Source: Rhodoluna sp. (GTDB lineage Bacteria; Actinomycetota; Actinomycetes; Actinomycetales; Microbacteriaceae). From it: a stretch of 64,000 nt of DNA. Positions within the stretch are counted from its first letter, which is position 1. Each line of letters starts with the position of its first letter. Position numbers and translations under genes: made by a program. Where the stretch lies: contig DAIMLM010000002.1 of NCBI GenBank assembly GCA_036721215.1, positions 143,699 to 207,698 on the forward strand. The letters run 5' to 3'. The notes under the pieces were generated by a model that made no database searches, was not told the DNA's origin, and was given only the letters and a program-made list of their open reading frames with translations. Below, in pieces: positions 6,687 to 17,307 of the stretch.

Positions 6687-7220
6687 ATGTCTAAAGGGCT
6701 CGTGTTTATTCACCAAGCGCCCAGTGCTTTGCTTGCCCACATCGAGTGGACCATCTCGGGGGTCTGCGGAGCTCCTATAACGATCAGCTGGCACGCGTTG
6801 CCTGCCCCAGGCAAGGGCTATCGCGCTCTTGCGCTTTGGGAAGCCCCAGCAGGTGCTGGGGCGATTCTTGCCACCTCGTTTATGAATCTCAAGCAAATCT
6901 CCTTTGAGGTGATTCAGCAGGACTCTCCGGATGTTGCCGGATACCGCTGGAGCTACACACCAACTCTTGGCATGTTCTCATCCGCTACTGATGAGGCGGG
7001 AAATATCCTGGTCAGCGAAAATCAGTTGCGATTTATTGTTGATAGCTGTGGGTCGAATGGGCTCAAGCTACAGGCAGAGCTTCGAAAAGTCTTAGGTCAA
7101 GCTTTTGATGACGAACTTGAAAGCTACCGAGAGCTATTCGACGGATCGGAAAGCAACAACAGCGTTGTGACCTCCGAAACCGAACGAGTTAGTTATAGCC
7201 AGAATGTTAGACCCCTCTAG
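6687..7220 (+). CDS. DUF3145-family conserved actinobacterial protein
   Basis: I moved the start to ATG 6687, which has GGAGG 8 nt upstream. VFIHQAPSALLAHIEWTISGV fits the recalled DUF3145 N-terminus, and the gene sits next to the fab operon as in other actinobacteria. Its 3' end overlaps the fabF 3' end by 87 nt. Confidence 0.7.
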   Translation: MSKGLVFIHQAPSALLAHIEWTISGVCGAPITISWHALPAPGKGYRALALWEAPAGAGAILATSFMNLKQISFEVIQQDSPDVAGYRWSYTPTLGMFSSATDEAGNILVSENQLRFIVDSCGSNGLKLQAELRKVLGQAFDDELESYRELFDGSESNNSVVTSETERVSYSQNVRPL

Positions 7221-8372
7221 CTTTCTTGGTGACACAACAACATCCAGTTTGATTTCAGGATCTTGATTCTCAAGATTGATTGTTGGTGGCGCAGTTTTTT
7301 CGTGCAGCGCTAGAACTGTGAAAATTGCTTCAATAGCTCCGGCTCCACCAAGCAGGTGACCAGTGGAGGCCTTGGTTGCCGATACCGGGATGCCAGCTAA
7401 CTTCTCGCCAAAGACTCTCTTTAGTGCTTGATACTCTGCGATGTCACCCACCGGTGTGCTGGTGGCGTGAGCGTTGATGTGAGCAACATCATTTATTGAG
7501 CTGCCAGATTGTTCCAGGGCGCCAAGCATAGCTCTAGCGGCCGCAGTTCCTTCGGGATCAGGAGCAGTGATGTGATGAGCATCTGAAGTCACGGCTGCTC
7601 CAACGACCTCGGCATAAATCTTTGCCCCGCGAGCCTTGGCATGCTCTTCCCTTTCCAAAATCAGTGTTCCAGCACCCTCGCCCATCACGAAACCATCGCG
7701 AGCGGTGTCATAAGGCCTAGAAGCTCGTGCAGGGTCATCGTTTCGTTTAGATAGCGCGTGCATGGCAGCAAAGGATGCAATTGGAAGCGGGTGGATAGCA
7801 GCTTCGGCACCACCGGCGACAATAATGTCTGCTTCACCGTTTCGAATTCTGTTGAACGCGTTAGCGATGGCCTCGGTTCCAGATGCACATGCCGAAACAG
7901 CTGTTCTAACTCCAGCTCTGGCGTGCAATTCCATTCCAATGGCAGCAGCTGGACCGTTGGCCATCAGCATCGGCACGGTCATTGGTAGCACTCGCCTTGG
8001 CCCACGCTCTTTGAGAGTGTCGTAAGCATCCAGCAGGGTCCAGATTCCTCCGATACCGGTTGCGTATTCGACCGCTAGGCGTTCAGGAGCAACTTCGGGG
8101 GAGCCGGCATCAAGCCAAGCCTCACGAGCTGAGACCAGCGCAAGCTGGCTCGATGGATCTAATCTCTTGGCTTCCTGGGGAGTGAGCATTTCTTTGGCTG
8201 GAACCTTGGCTTGGCCCGCGAAGGTGACAGGAAGCTCATACTGGGCTACCCAGTCTTGCGTAAGGGTTGTGATGCCAGATTCGCCCGCGAGCAATGCCTG
8301 CCAGGTTGACTTGCTGTCGCCACCAAGTGGCGTAGTTGCGCCAATGCCAGTGACAACAACTTTTTGGACCAA
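7134..8372 (-). CDS. fabF: 3-oxoacyl-ACP synthase II (KasA/FabF type)
   Basis: Active-site Cys context AVSACASGT, His motifs HATSTPVGD and GHLLGGAG, and C-terminal NSFGFGGHN. TTG start 5 nt after the acpP stop. Confidence 0.9.
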   Translation of the reverse strand: MVQKVVVTGIGATTPLGGDSKSTWQALLAGESGITTLTQDWVAQYELPVTFAGQAKVPAKEMLTPQEAKRLDPSSQLALVSAREAWLDAGSPEVAPERLAVEYATGIGGIWTLLDAYDTLKERGPRRVLPMTVPMLMANGPAAAIGMELHARAGVRTAVSACASGTEAIANAFNRIRNGEADIIVAGGAEAAIHPLPIASFAAMHALSKRNDDPARASRPYDTARDGFVMGEGAGTLILEREEHAKARGAKIYAEVVGAAVTSDAHHITAPDPEGTAAARAMLGALEQSGSSINDVAHINAHATSTPVGDIAEYQALKRVFGEKLAGIPVSATKASTGHLLGGAGAIEAIFTVLALHEKTAPPTINLENQDPEIKLDVVVSPRKLEGSNILAITNSFGFGGHNAVVAFRSVE

Positions 8373-8377
8373 GGTTT

Positions 8378-8626
8378 TTAGCCTTGCGCCTTTGTGATGT
8401 AGTTCACAGCGTCACCGACGGTAAGAAGGTTTTTTACCTCGTCGTCTGGAATCTTTACATCAAACTTGTCTTCGGCGTTGACGACGATGGTCATCATAGA
8501 GATTGAGTCAATGTCTAGATCGTCAGTGAATGACTTGTCTAGCTGTACAGCATCGTTAGCGATACCGGTTTCGTCGTTTACGATCTCTGCTAGTCCGCTA
8601 AGTACTTCTGCTGCAGAAAGTGCCAT
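8378..8626 (-). CDS. acpP: Acyl carrier protein
   Basis: 82 aa, acidic, with the phosphopantetheine attachment motif DLDIDSISMM. Confidence 0.9.
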   Translation of the reverse strand: MALSAAEVLSGLAEIVNDETGIANDAVQLDKSFTDDLDIDSISMMTIVVNAEDKFDVKIPDDEVKNLLTVGDAVNYITKAQG

Positions 8627-8664
8627 TTTTTGTCTCCTAGTTGTTTGATTGACCGATTGTAAGT

Positions 8665-9663
8665 TTAGGGCACAACCACTACTTGAGCCCCGTAGGCTAA
8701 ACCAGCCCCGAAGCCTATTTGTAGCGCTAGATCACCAGATTTAATGCGACCTTCGGCCAGAAGGGCGTGCATGGCCAGTGGGATGCTGGCAGCCGAGGTG
8801 TTGCCTGTTGTAATGATGTCTCTGGCTACAACCACCGATTCAGGAAGAGCCAATTGCTTTGCCATTTCGTCAATGATGCGCTCGTTGGCCTGGTGGGTAA
8901 CCAGCGTAGCTAACTCTTCTGGTTTAACTCCTGCAACCTCAAGAGCTTGCTTGGCCACTTTTACCATTTCCCAAACTGCCCAACGGAAAACACTTTGACC
9001 TTCTTGAACAAGGGTTGGCCAACTTCCGGTGCCATCGCGGAAATCAAGTAGAGACCCTGTCATTCCAACTGCTTCCCACTTGGATCCATCGGAACCCCAA
9101 ACACTTTTTGAAATACCTGGTGAATCGGAGGGCCCAACAATGGCAGCCCCTGCCCCATCTCCTAGCAAGAACGAAATTGATCTGTCGGTGGGATCGATGT
9201 AATCAGAGAGCTTCTCGCCACCAACAACAAGAACATACTTCGCAGTTCCTGATCTAACCAGTGAATCTGCTTGAGCGATGCCGTAGCAGTAACCAGCACA
9301 AGCAGCCGAGATGTCAAAGGCAGGAGCTGGGTTCGCACCGACGAGCTCTGCCAGCAGTGATGCGGCTGAGGGGGTCTGATATGGATGAGTGATGGTGGAG
9401 AATATCACAGCTTCGATCTCGGCTGGCTTGATGCCTGCTTTCTGAATAGCCTCGTTGCTTGCTTCAACGGCCATGTCCATTAGGGACCTATCCTTGCTGG
9501 CTCGCATTCTGGTCACGATGCCGGTGCGCTGTCTAATCCACTCATCGGATGAGTTGATCGGTCCGGCGACGTCATCGTTGGTGACCGTTAGGTCTCCTCG
9601 AGATGCCCCGAGAGAGTAAATCTTGGAGAAAGCAATTGTTTCGGCCTGGTTTAGCTTCGCCAT
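8665..9663 (-). CDS. fabH: 3-oxoacyl-ACP synthase III
   Basis: KAS III motifs: DISAACAGYCYG (active Cys), THQANERI, GNTSAASIP, FGAGL. Confidence 0.9.
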   Translation of the reverse strand: MAKLNQAETIAFSKIYSLGASRGDLTVTNDDVAGPINSSDEWIRQRTGIVTRMRASKDRSLMDMAVEASNEAIQKAGIKPAEIEAVIFSTITHPYQTPSAASLLAELVGANPAPAFDISAACAGYCYGIAQADSLVRSGTAKYVLVVGGEKLSDYIDPTDRSISFLLGDGAGAAIVGPSDSPGISKSVWGSDGSKWEAVGMTGSLLDFRDGTGSWPTLVQEGQSVFRWAVWEMVKVAKQALEVAGVKPEELATLVTHQANERIIDEMAKQLALPESVVVARDIITTGNTSAASIPLAMHALLAEGRIKSGDLALQIGFGAGLAYGAQVVVVP

Positions 9664-9665
9664 TT

Positions 9666-10589
9666 CTAAACCTGCCCTCTAACAAATGCGGTGGCCTTTT
9701 CAAGATCTTCTGGAGACTTTAGGGCCAAGGTGGCGACTCCCGGCATTGCTCGCTTCGCTATTCCAGTTAGGGTACCGCCTGGCAAAAGCTCGATAACAGC
9801 GCTCACGCCATCGGACACCATCGAATCCATGGTCAAATCCCATCGAACTGGGTTAGAAACCTGATTGATTAGTAGCTCCAAAAACTTATCACCGCTGTCA
9901 ACTCTTGCTCCATCGCTATTGGACCAAAGTAGCAGTTTGGGATTTTCAGTTTTGATAGAACTCTCCAAAGAACCAAGCTCAACTTTGGCAGTTTCCATAA
10001 AAGATGTGTGAAAAGCACCTGCTACTGCCAAACCCACTACCCGGGTTCCTTGCGGAGGAGAGTCAATAAGCTCTTGAATTTTCGCAGAAGAACCCGCAGC
10101 AACTATTTGTCCTTTGCCGTTGTAGTTTGCCGCAAAGAGCCCCATGTTAGATAAATAATCTAAAACTAGTTCTTGTTCGCCGCCAACTACCGCCGCCATT
10201 GAGCTTGCTTCAAGAGTCGCCGCCTGAGCCATTTGCTCACCTCTTGCTTTAACGAACTTGAGCGCAGCTTCTGTGTCCAATACTCCAGCAATGTTTGCTG
10301 CCGCTATTTCACCTACCGAGTGACCTGCGACACCTGCAAACAAAGACTCGTCTTTTAGCGCCTGAACTAATTCCGCGTGACTAGCCATCGAAGCAGCAAC
10401 AATAAGCGGCTGGGCAATTTTGGTGTCCTTGATTGTCTCAGCGTCAGCTTCGGTTCCGAAGTGAATCAAATCCACCCCCAGAATTGCAGAGTACTTTTCG
10501 ATTTCTTGCTTGAATGATTCAAGTTCTAACCATGGAGTCAGAAAGCCTGGCGTTTGGGCCCCTTGACCGGGGCACGTAAGAGCAATCAA
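9666..10589 (-). CDS. fabD: Malonyl-CoA:ACP transacylase
   Basis: CPGQGAQ near the N-terminus, nucleophile elbow GHSVGE, and GAFHT. TTG start overlapping the regulator stop by 4 nt. Confidence 0.9.
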   Translation of the reverse strand: MIALTCPGQGAQTPGFLTPWLELESFKQEIEKYSAILGVDLIHFGTEADAETIKDTKIAQPLIVAASMASHAELVQALKDESLFAGVAGHSVGEIAAANIAGVLDTEAALKFVKARGEQMAQAATLEASSMAAVVGGEQELVLDYLSNMGLFAANYNGKGQIVAAGSSAKIQELIDSPPQGTRVVGLAVAGAFHTSFMETAKVELGSLESSIKTENPKLLLWSNSDGARVDSGDKFLELLINQVSNPVRWDLTMDSMVSDGVSAVIELLPGGTLTGIAKRAMPGVATLALKSPEDLEKATAFVRGQV

Positions 10590-11770
10590 GATTCCCTCGA
10601 TCTCATGGTTGGCTCAGGCTCGTTCATTTTGCCAAGCAGGGTTGCCACCTGCAAAACAAAGGACTCTCTGGCGCCGGTAGCATCCCAGCCGATCAATTCG
10701 GAGATTTTCTTTAGGCGATAGCGAACGGTGTTGCTGTGAACAAACATTTCTCTTGCAGTTAGCTCCAAAGAGCGACCGGTTTCTAGGTAAGTCACGAGGG
10801 TATCGAGCAAGTCAGGAGAGTTTTTTCTAAGCGGTTGGTAGATCTTGTTTATCAGCGTGGTCTTTGCCAACATGTCGCCAGCTAGTGCTCGCTCAGCCAA
10901 TAGATCATCTGCTGAGGTAGGCCTTGGTGCCTTGTTCCAAGCTCCAACTACGGAGAAGCCAGAAAGAGCCGACCGAGCTGACTTGTGGGCATCGGTTATC
11001 GAGGGAACCTCGGAGCCAACCACAATTGGCCCTTCGGTGAAACTATTCGATAGTCCACTGCAAAGCGCAAAGAGCTTAGGAGTTTTTGCAGGGTCCAGAT
11101 TCTCTTCCGGTACCTGACCCACCACAACAATTAGTCGATCACCGTGAATGCCAACCAGAACGTCCGCGCCACTTCTTCTTGCTTCTCTTCGTAAATTGTC
11201 AACATCGGTGCTCTGATCCGAGCCACCAATCATTACCGCGACCGCACCACGTGCTCTCCAGCCGAGCGCGGAAACTCTAGAAGAAAGCTCTTCTTCATTT
11301 TCACCACTGAGAATACTGTCCACCACCAGAGCTTCTAACCTGGCATCCCAAAGACCCCGGGCTTCCGCTGCCTTGGCATAAACATCAGCCGCACTAAAAG
11401 CGATTTCTCTGGAATACAACAGCACAGCCTCGCGAAGCTCACTGTGCTCTTGGACCACTCGGTCCTCAACAACTTGAACTACCACGCGAATAAGTTGCAA
11501 AGTTTCTTGCAAAGATATCGAGCGAAGAAGTTCTCTTGGTGCAGTCGAGAAAACATCGGCAGCAACCCATGGCTGCGAGGTTGGATCTTCGTACCAGGCA
11601 AGAAAAGAGGTGATACCAGCTTGGGCGACAAGTCCAACGGCAGATCTTCTGGCAGCTGGCATCTTGGAATACCAGGGGAGGGTCTTATCAAGGCGAGCTA
11701 ATGTGGTGGTTGCTAATTCTCCAGCGATGGATTGCAACCACTCAAGGGTTTCGTCCTTAGGCTTCGCCAC
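10586..11770 (-). CDS. PucR-family transcriptional regulator upstream of the fab operon
   Basis: C-terminal PucR-type HTH ([25 protein letters not shown]). Same position as the PucR-like gene preceding fabD in mycobacteria (recalled synteny). The GTG start overlaps the aceE 3' end by 14 nt. Confidence 0.75.
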   Translation of the reverse strand: MAKPKDETLEWLQSIAGELATTTLARLDKTLPWYSKMPAARRSAVGLVAQAGITSFLAWYEDPTSQPWVAADVFSTAPRELLRSISLQETLQLIRVVVQVVEDRVVQEHSELREAVLLYSREIAFSAADVYAKAAEARGLWDARLEALVVDSILSGENEEELSSRVSALGWRARGAVAVMIGGSDQSTDVDNLRREARRSGADVLVGIHGDRLIVVVGQVPEENLDPAKTPKLFALCSGLSNSFTEGPIVVGSEVPSITDAHKSARSALSGFSVVGAWNKAPRPTSADDLLAERALAGDMLAKTTLINKIYQPLRKNSPDLLDTLVTYLETGRSLELTAREMFVHSNTVRYRLKKISELIGWDATGARESFVLQVATLLGKMNEPEPTMRSRES

Positions 11771-14483
11771 CGGCGGTTCCGCTTGTTCCTGCGTTTACGT
11801 TGTGTAGTTGGTAGCGATCAATAGCCAGTTGCAACACTGAATGATCTAGCTCGCCGCGAGCCACAAGTTGTTGCAATGAACGCACCACAATCGATGGTCC
11901 ATCGATCTTGAATTCACGTCTTGCCGCTGGCCTGGTGTCTGAGAAACCAAAACCATCTGCACCCAAAGTGGCATAGTCACCTGGAACCCAAGCGCGGATC
12001 TGGTCCGGAACCGCGTGCATGTAATCGCTCACTCCAATAAATGGCCCAGGGGCGTTTTGAAGCTTCTTGGTTATGTAGGCAGGCTCCACTTCATTGTTTG
12101 GGTAGAGGAACCTCTCCCGATCTTTGTTCAGCCCGTCACGTCGAAGCTCGGTCCAGCTAGTTACCGACCAGATGTCAGCCGAAACTCCCCAGTCCTTGGC
12201 TAGAAGATCTTGTGCCTCGTAGGCCCATTGCAGAGCCACTCCAGAAGCCAGAATCTGAACCTTGCGTCCTGGAACTTGGTTCTCGCTGACGCGGTGAATA
12301 CCGCGCAGGATTCCTTCCACGTCCACGTTTTCTGGTTCTGCTGGCTGAACGTAAGGTTCGTTATAGACAGTTAGGTAGTAAATGACGTTTGGATCTTTAT
12401 GGGTTTCGCCATACATGCGCTCAAGTCCTGCCTGCATGATGTGACCAATTTCATATCCGTAAGCCGGGTCGTAGCTAATAACTGCGGTGTTAGTTGATGC
12501 CAATAGTGGCGAGTGACCATCGGCGTGCTGCAAACCCTCACCGGTTAGAGTGGTGCGACCTGCGGTCGCGCCAATCATAAATCCTCGAGTCATTTGATCA
12601 GTAGCTGCCCAAATAGCATCGGCGGTGCGCTGGAATCCAAACATCGAGTAGAAAACGTAAATTGGAATCATTGGCTGACCTTGAGTGGCATAACTGGAGC
12701 CAACTGCGGTAAACGCGGCTATTGACCCAGCCTCGTTAATTCCGGTGTGCAGAATCTGGCCGGTTTCTGACTCTTTGTAGTTCAGCAGTAGATCGCGGTC
12801 AACAGATAGGTAGTGGTGTCCGGCTGGGTTGTAAATCTTTGCGGTTGGGAAGAATGCATCCATTCCAAATGTTCTTGCCTCGTCAGGAATGATCGGAACA
12901 ATTCTTGGACCAAGTTCTGAAGATCGCAGAAGATCCTTTAGTAATCTAACGAAAGCCATGGTGGTGGCAACCTCTTGGGTTCCAGAGCCAGCCTTTGCGA
13001 TGTCATAAGTTTTGTTTTCTGGAAGAGCAAAGCTCACATACTTGCTTCTTCGTTCTGGCAGGTAGCCACCTAATTCTCGACGGCGCTCGTGCATGTATTG
13101 AATCTCTGGCGTTGAGTCAGCTGGCTTGTAATACGGAGGCTGATATGGATCGCGTTCTAGCTCAGCGTCGGAGATTGGAATATGAGTTTCGTCACGGAAC
13201 TGTTTTAGATCGGCCAGGGTTAGTTTTTTCATCTGGTGAGTTGCGTTTCGACCTTCGAAGGTCTTGCCTAGGGTGTAACCCTTGATGGTTTTGGCAATGA
13301 TCACTGTAGGTTGACCCTTGTGCTCGGTTGCGGACTTATAGGCAGCGTAGATCTTCTTGTAGTCGTGACCACCGCGTCTTAGTCCCCAGAGCTGGTCATC
13401 GGTCATGGACTCGACCATCTTGGCGGTTCTTGGGTCGCGGCCAAAGAAGTTCTCTCTTACGAAAGCCCCTGATTCGGTTTTGTAGGTTTGGTAGTCACCA
13501 TCGGGAGTTCTGTTCATTAAATCTACAAGTGCACCTTCAGTGTCAGCACTTAGCAGAGGATCCCACTCCCGACCCCAGATGACCTTTATCACGTTCCAGC
13601 CGGCGCCTCTAAAGAACGACTCCAGCTCCTGAATGATCTTGCCGTTACCCCTAACTGGGCCATCAAGGCGCTGTAGGTTGGCGTTTACAACAAAAGTTAG
13701 GTTATCTAGACCGTCATTGGCGGCAAGTTGCAGCGCTCCGCGGCTTTCAACCTCGTCAAGTTCACCATCTCCGAGGAAGGCCCAAACGTGCTGAGCTGAA
13801 GTGTCGCGGAAGTTTCGGTTATGCAGGTAACGATTGAACTGTGCCTGGTAAATCGCATTTATCGGACCCAGTCCCATAGAAACGGTTGGGAACTGCCAAA
13901 AATCCGGCATAAGTCTTGGGTGCGGGTAAGAAGACAAACCTCCGCCCGGGTGAGATTTTTCCTGGCGGAAACCATTTAGCTGGTTTTCGGAAAGCCGGCC
14001 TTCCAAAAATGCCCTTGCATAGGGACCGGGCGAGGCGTGACCTTGAATGAATATCTGATCTCCACCGGATGGGTGATCTTGACCTTTGAAGAAGTGGTTG
14101 AAACCAACTTCATATAAAGAAGCAGAGCTAGCAAAAGTTGAGATATGTCCACCAACCGCGATTCCTGGGCGCTGAGCTCGGTGAACCAGCATCGCAGCGT
14201 TCCAACGCATCCACGATCGGTAAGTTCTTTCGATTTTTTCATCGCCTGGGAAAGCTGGTTCGTCTTCTGGAGAAATCGTGTTTATGTAATCGGTGGTTGG
14301 AACCAGCGGAACATTTAGCTGAAGTTCGTGTGAGCGTCTCAGTAGGTTGAGCATCAACTCTCTGGCGCGACCGCGACCACGAGTTGCTGAGGCCTGAGAA
14401 AGTGATTCGAGCCACTCGGAGGTTTCCTGAGGATCCATGTCTGGATTGGAAACGGCGTAGGCATCATTGTTGTTAATGGACAA
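11757..14483 (-). CDS. aceE: Pyruvate dehydrogenase E1 component (homodimeric type)
   Basis: 908 aa. N-terminal [15 protein letters not shown] and ThDP motif [13 protein letters not shown] start with AAAGGA 6 nt upstream. Confidence 0.92.
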   Translation of the reverse strand: MSINNNDAYAVSNPDMDPQETSEWLESLSQASATRGRGRARELMLNLLRRSHELQLNVPLVPTTDYINTISPEDEPAFPGDEKIERTYRSWMRWNAAMLVHRAQRPGIAVGGHISTFASSASLYEVGFNHFFKGQDHPSGGDQIFIQGHASPGPYARAFLEGRLSENQLNGFRQEKSHPGGGLSSYPHPRLMPDFWQFPTVSMGLGPINAIYQAQFNRYLHNRNFRDTSAQHVWAFLGDGELDEVESRGALQLAANDGLDNLTFVVNANLQRLDGPVRGNGKIIQELESFFRGAGWNVIKVIWGREWDPLLSADTEGALVDLMNRTPDGDYQTYKTESGAFVRENFFGRDPRTAKMVESMTDDQLWGLRRGGHDYKKIYAAYKSATEHKGQPTVIIAKTIKGYTLGKTFEGRNATHQMKKLTLADLKQFRDETHIPISDAELERDPYQPPYYKPADSTPEIQYMHERRRELGGYLPERRSKYVSFALPENKTYDIAKAGSGTQEVATTMAFVRLLKDLLRSSELGPRIVPIIPDEARTFGMDAFFPTAKIYNPAGHHYLSVDRDLLLNYKESETGQILHTGINEAGSIAAFTAVGSSYATQGQPMIPIYVFYSMFGFQRTADAIWAATDQMTRGFMIGATAGRTTLTGEGLQHADGHSPLLASTNTAVISYDPAYGYEIGHIMQAGLERMYGETHKDPNVIYYLTVYNEPYVQPAEPENVDVEGILRGIHRVSENQVPGRKVQILASGVALQWAYEAQDLLAKDWGVSADIWSVTSWTELRRDGLNKDRERFLYPNNEVEPAYITKKLQNAPGPFIGVSDYMHAVPDQIRAWVPGDYATLGADGFGFSDTRPAARREFKIDGPSIVVRSLQQLVARGELDHSVLQLAIDRYQLHNVNAGTSGTAGGEA

Positions 14484-14644
14484 TGAAATCCTTTCTAAAA
14501 AGAGTCTTCGCTAATGTTTTTTGACAGCGAACCATTTAGGGCTCCGGATAGGGCCAATAAGAAGTTTACCTATTCAAGATGGGGTTATTTGAACCCAATA
14601 AGAGGGCCTACTATGGAACAAAGTATTTAAACCAAGGAGATGAA

Positions 14645-15103
14645 ATGGCTGCAGAAGTAGGCGAAAAGGCCCCAGATTTTGAGCTAAACAACCAGCACGG
14701 GGAGCTTGTGAAGCTTTCCTCCTATATCGGCAAAAAGCCAGTGGTGCTGGTTTTCTACCCACTCTCGTTCTCGGGCACCTGCACCGGAGAGCTTTGCGAG
14801 CTTAGAGACAACATTTCTATCTTTGAGTCAGCGGACACTGAGCTTTTGGCTATTTCTGTGGACTCAAAGTACACCCAGAAGATCTTTGCTGACCAGGAGG
14901 GTTACAAGTTTCAGGTGTTAGCCGACTTCTGGCCACACGGCGGCGTTGCCAAGCAATACGGGGTCTTCATGGAAGAAGCCGGAATTGCCAAGCGCGGCAC
15001 CTTCTTGATTGATAAAGAAGGCGTGATTCAGGCAAAGTTTGTCAACGGCCCTGGCGAAGCTAGGGACCTAGGAAGCTACAAAGAGGCTCTAGCGGCTTTG
15101 TAG
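14645..15103 (+). CDS. ahpE: AhpE-like 1-Cys peroxiredoxin
   Basis: Start moved to ATG 14645, which has AAGGAG upstream. VGEKAPDFEL, the peroxidatic Cys context FYPLSFSGTCTGEL, DFWPHGG and RGTFLID closely match recalled mycobacterial AhpE. Confidence 0.88.
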   Translation: MAAEVGEKAPDFELNNQHGELVKLSSYIGKKPVVLVFYPLSFSGTCTGELCELRDNISIFESADTELLAISVDSKYTQKIFADQEGYKFQVLADFWPHGGVAKQYGVFMEEAGIAKRGTFLIDKEGVIQAKFVNGPGEARDLGSYKEALAAL

Positions 15104-15138
15104 TAGAGTTTTGTAGTTGCCTTATGGCGCATGTTTGA

Positions 15139-15211
15139 GGGCCTTTAGCTCAGTTGGTAGAGCGCCACGTTTACACCGTGGATGTCATCGGTTCGAGCCC
15201 GGTAGGGCCCA
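15139..15211 (+). tRNA. tRNA-Val (TAC)
   Basis: Acceptor GGGCCTT/AGGGCCC, anticodon stem-loop CCACG-TTTACAC-CGTGG, T arm ATCGG-TTCGAGC-CCGGT. Confidence 0.9.
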
Positions 15212-15251
15212 CAGATAGCGACCAAGGATAGCCCGGCGTTAGGATTTGGTC

Positions 15252-17303
15252 ATGGAATCTCCAACACCCCCAACTCCTCGTTCCATGTCAGATGACGAAC
15301 TAAATGCCGAGGTCATGAGATTACAGTCTCAACCAGATGGCCTAATGGCTGCCATGGCTCTTATCGAAGCCCAAAACCTATTAAGGCAGCAAGATTCCTT
15401 CGCTTACTCGCAGTGGCAACTGCAAGAGCAAATGAAAGCTGCCTCTGCTCCTGCCGAGGTTCGTGAGCCAGAGCCTAAAGCCGCAGAACCGGATCCAATT
15501 ATTGTCCCCGCCCCTGCACCGGTAGTTGCTCCAGCACCAGTTTTGCCACCTGCTGCTCCTGTTCCGGCGGTAGCGCAAGAAACAAGCGTCGATGAAATCG
15601 TTGCAGCTCTAAATAGTAACTATGTCGGGGCGCAAAACAACAATCAAAATACTGAAGAAGAGACGGTCGCCTCCTTGTCGCCACCGGTACCAGCCTTGGC
15701 ACCTGAAAGCAAGAAAATCAGTTTTGATCAGCTTATTTCTGGCGAAGAAGAATCAGTTAACGATCCGTTGCCTATTCCCGCAGAAACTTCTGATCAAACA
15801 GAGCTAGCTGAGGATGAAGACGAAGCTCAGGCTATTGGGGTAACTAGAACTAAAACCTCCGCTGCACTGAGTTGGTCATGGATCTCGATAGCTTCTTCAC
15901 CTTTGGTTTTGGTCCTGGCTGCGTTCCTTAAGGAATCTGGTGCGTCTTTGACTCAGTCACTTGTTGTGATTTCGGGACTCATTGTTACAACAGCTGTGTT
16001 AGCTGGCATTGGATCGGTTGCCGCTAAGCGCGGCTCAAGTCCAATAGGAGTGGTATCCAGAGCTGCGTTTGGGGTTTGGGGTAACGTTTTGCCGGCATTT
16101 GCAATGCTGCTTGTGAAGATTTTTTGGTCGATTGCACTATTGATTTTTGCGGCCAGAATTTTGTCTCCGCTTTTGGCTAGTCAGCCATGGTTTGCAGTTA
16201 TTAGTTCTCAGTTTGTATTCCCGGCAGAATTCACGGCCCTGATGCTAACCACAATTCCGATGGTCATGATTTCTGCTTTGGTTGCCGGATTTGGCGGCAT
16301 CGCCATGCTTCGGTCTCAGCAATTAGTCGGAGCCTTCTCGCTACTTGGAATTTTGGGCGTTGGCTTCTTCGTCTTCTCCACTAACTCGATTCTTGATCTG
16401 CGACAGGGTGAGCTACTTGCAGCGCCGGCGCTTATCGACCTAGCAATCTTCAGCTTTATGCTTTTTGGCTTCACTGTCTTCTCGCAAAGCGGTGACTTCG
16501 CAAGAAAGCTTCCGGTTCAAACCCCTGGAGCAAAGGTTTTCTTCCTTTCTTTTGTGTCCACTCTGTTTATTCCTCTTGCTGTTGGAGTAATGGGAGTTCT
16601 TTGGATATTCATGGCCGAGGACACCTTTGGACTGCTACTAACCGATCAATTGATTCCAACTATTGCCGCAGCGGCTCCAATCTGGGTCTTCATTGGATTT
16701 GTAGTTGCGGTAGGACTTTCGGCTCTTCAGCTATTGGCAAACTCGATCTACTCCCTAGCGGGTTCTTTAGCCTCAGTTGGGGTAAAACTTCCTGGGGCAG
16801 TTTCTGTATTGCTACTTTCCATTGTTTTGCTGGCCGGAACATTGGTTTCTAGCATGCTGCTCGCAACATCTTCCGTGCTGGCGATGCTAATTGAATTGCT
16901 AGTGCTTGTCTCAGTGGTTGCCGCCTCGTATAGCGGAATTGTGGTGGCCGATGCCCTAATACGCTCACGCGATTACCACGAGGTTTCGCTCACCCGAGAC
17001 TATGGTTTCTACGGTCGATTCAACTTCGCTAACTTAATCGGATTTATCCTGTCTGTGGCGCTTGGTTTTGGATACCTGAATGGAACCGGATTACTTTCAT
17101 CCTGGACCGGTTACCTGGGTGATTTCACACCAGCAATTTTCGATGTCGCAGGTTCCAACATCGGTATTGCAATGGCCTTTGGTCTTGCTGTCTTGTTTCC
17201 GGTTTTGTTTGGAATTCCAAGGATCAAGAAACAAGAAGTTAAGCTAGTGGAGTTGGATGAGCGCCGAGAGGAACTCAAGGAATACCTAGACACGGCTAAC
17301 TAG
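15252..17303 (+). CDS. Polytopic membrane transporter (possibly NCS1/purine-cytosine permease-like) with a ~200-aa Pro/Ala/acid-rich cytoplasmic N-terminal extension
   Basis: About 12 hydrophobic helices follow residue ~205. The N-terminal third is low complexity (APAPVVAPAPVLPPAAPVPA, EDEDE). I prefer ATG 15252 over TTG 15246 because AGGA lies 7 nt upstream. The family call rests on architecture only. Confidence 0.55.
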   Translation: MESPTPPTPRSMSDDELNAEVMRLQSQPDGLMAAMALIEAQNLLRQQDSFAYSQWQLQEQMKAASAPAEVREPEPKAAEPDPIIVPAPAPVVAPAPVLPPAAPVPAVAQETSVDEIVAALNSNYVGAQNNNQNTEEETVASLSPPVPALAPESKKISFDQLISGEEESVNDPLPIPAETSDQTELAEDEDEAQAIGVTRTKTSAALSWSWISIASSPLVLVLAAFLKESGASLTQSLVVISGLIVTTAVLAGIGSVAAKRGSSPIGVVSRAAFGVWGNVLPAFAMLLVKIFWSIALLIFAARILSPLLASQPWFAVISSQFVFPAEFTALMLTTIPMVMISALVAGFGGIAMLRSQQLVGAFSLLGILGVGFFVFSTNSILDLRQGELLAAPALIDLAIFSFMLFGFTVFSQSGDFARKLPVQTPGAKVFFLSFVSTLFIPLAVGVMGVLWIFMAEDTFGLLLTDQLIPTIAAAAPIWVFIGFVVAVGLSALQLLANSIYSLAGSLASVGVKLPGAVSVLLLSIVLLAGTLVSSMLLATSSVLAMLIELLVLVSVVAASYSGIVVADALIRSRDYHEVSLTRDYGFYGRFNFANLIGFILSVALGFGYLNGTGLLSSWTGYLGDFTPAIFDVAGSNIGIAMAFGLAVLFPVLFGIPRIKKQEVKLVELDERREELKEYLDTAN

Positions 17304-17307
17304 ACGT

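Noticed and set aside
14521-14549. A perfect TTGACA in the aceE-ahpE divergent region (14521-14526) and another upstream of rpoD (39938-39943), both considered as -35 boxes.
   Set aside because: No acceptable TANNNT -10 hexamer lies at a 16-19-nt spacing in either case, so I do not call these promoters.
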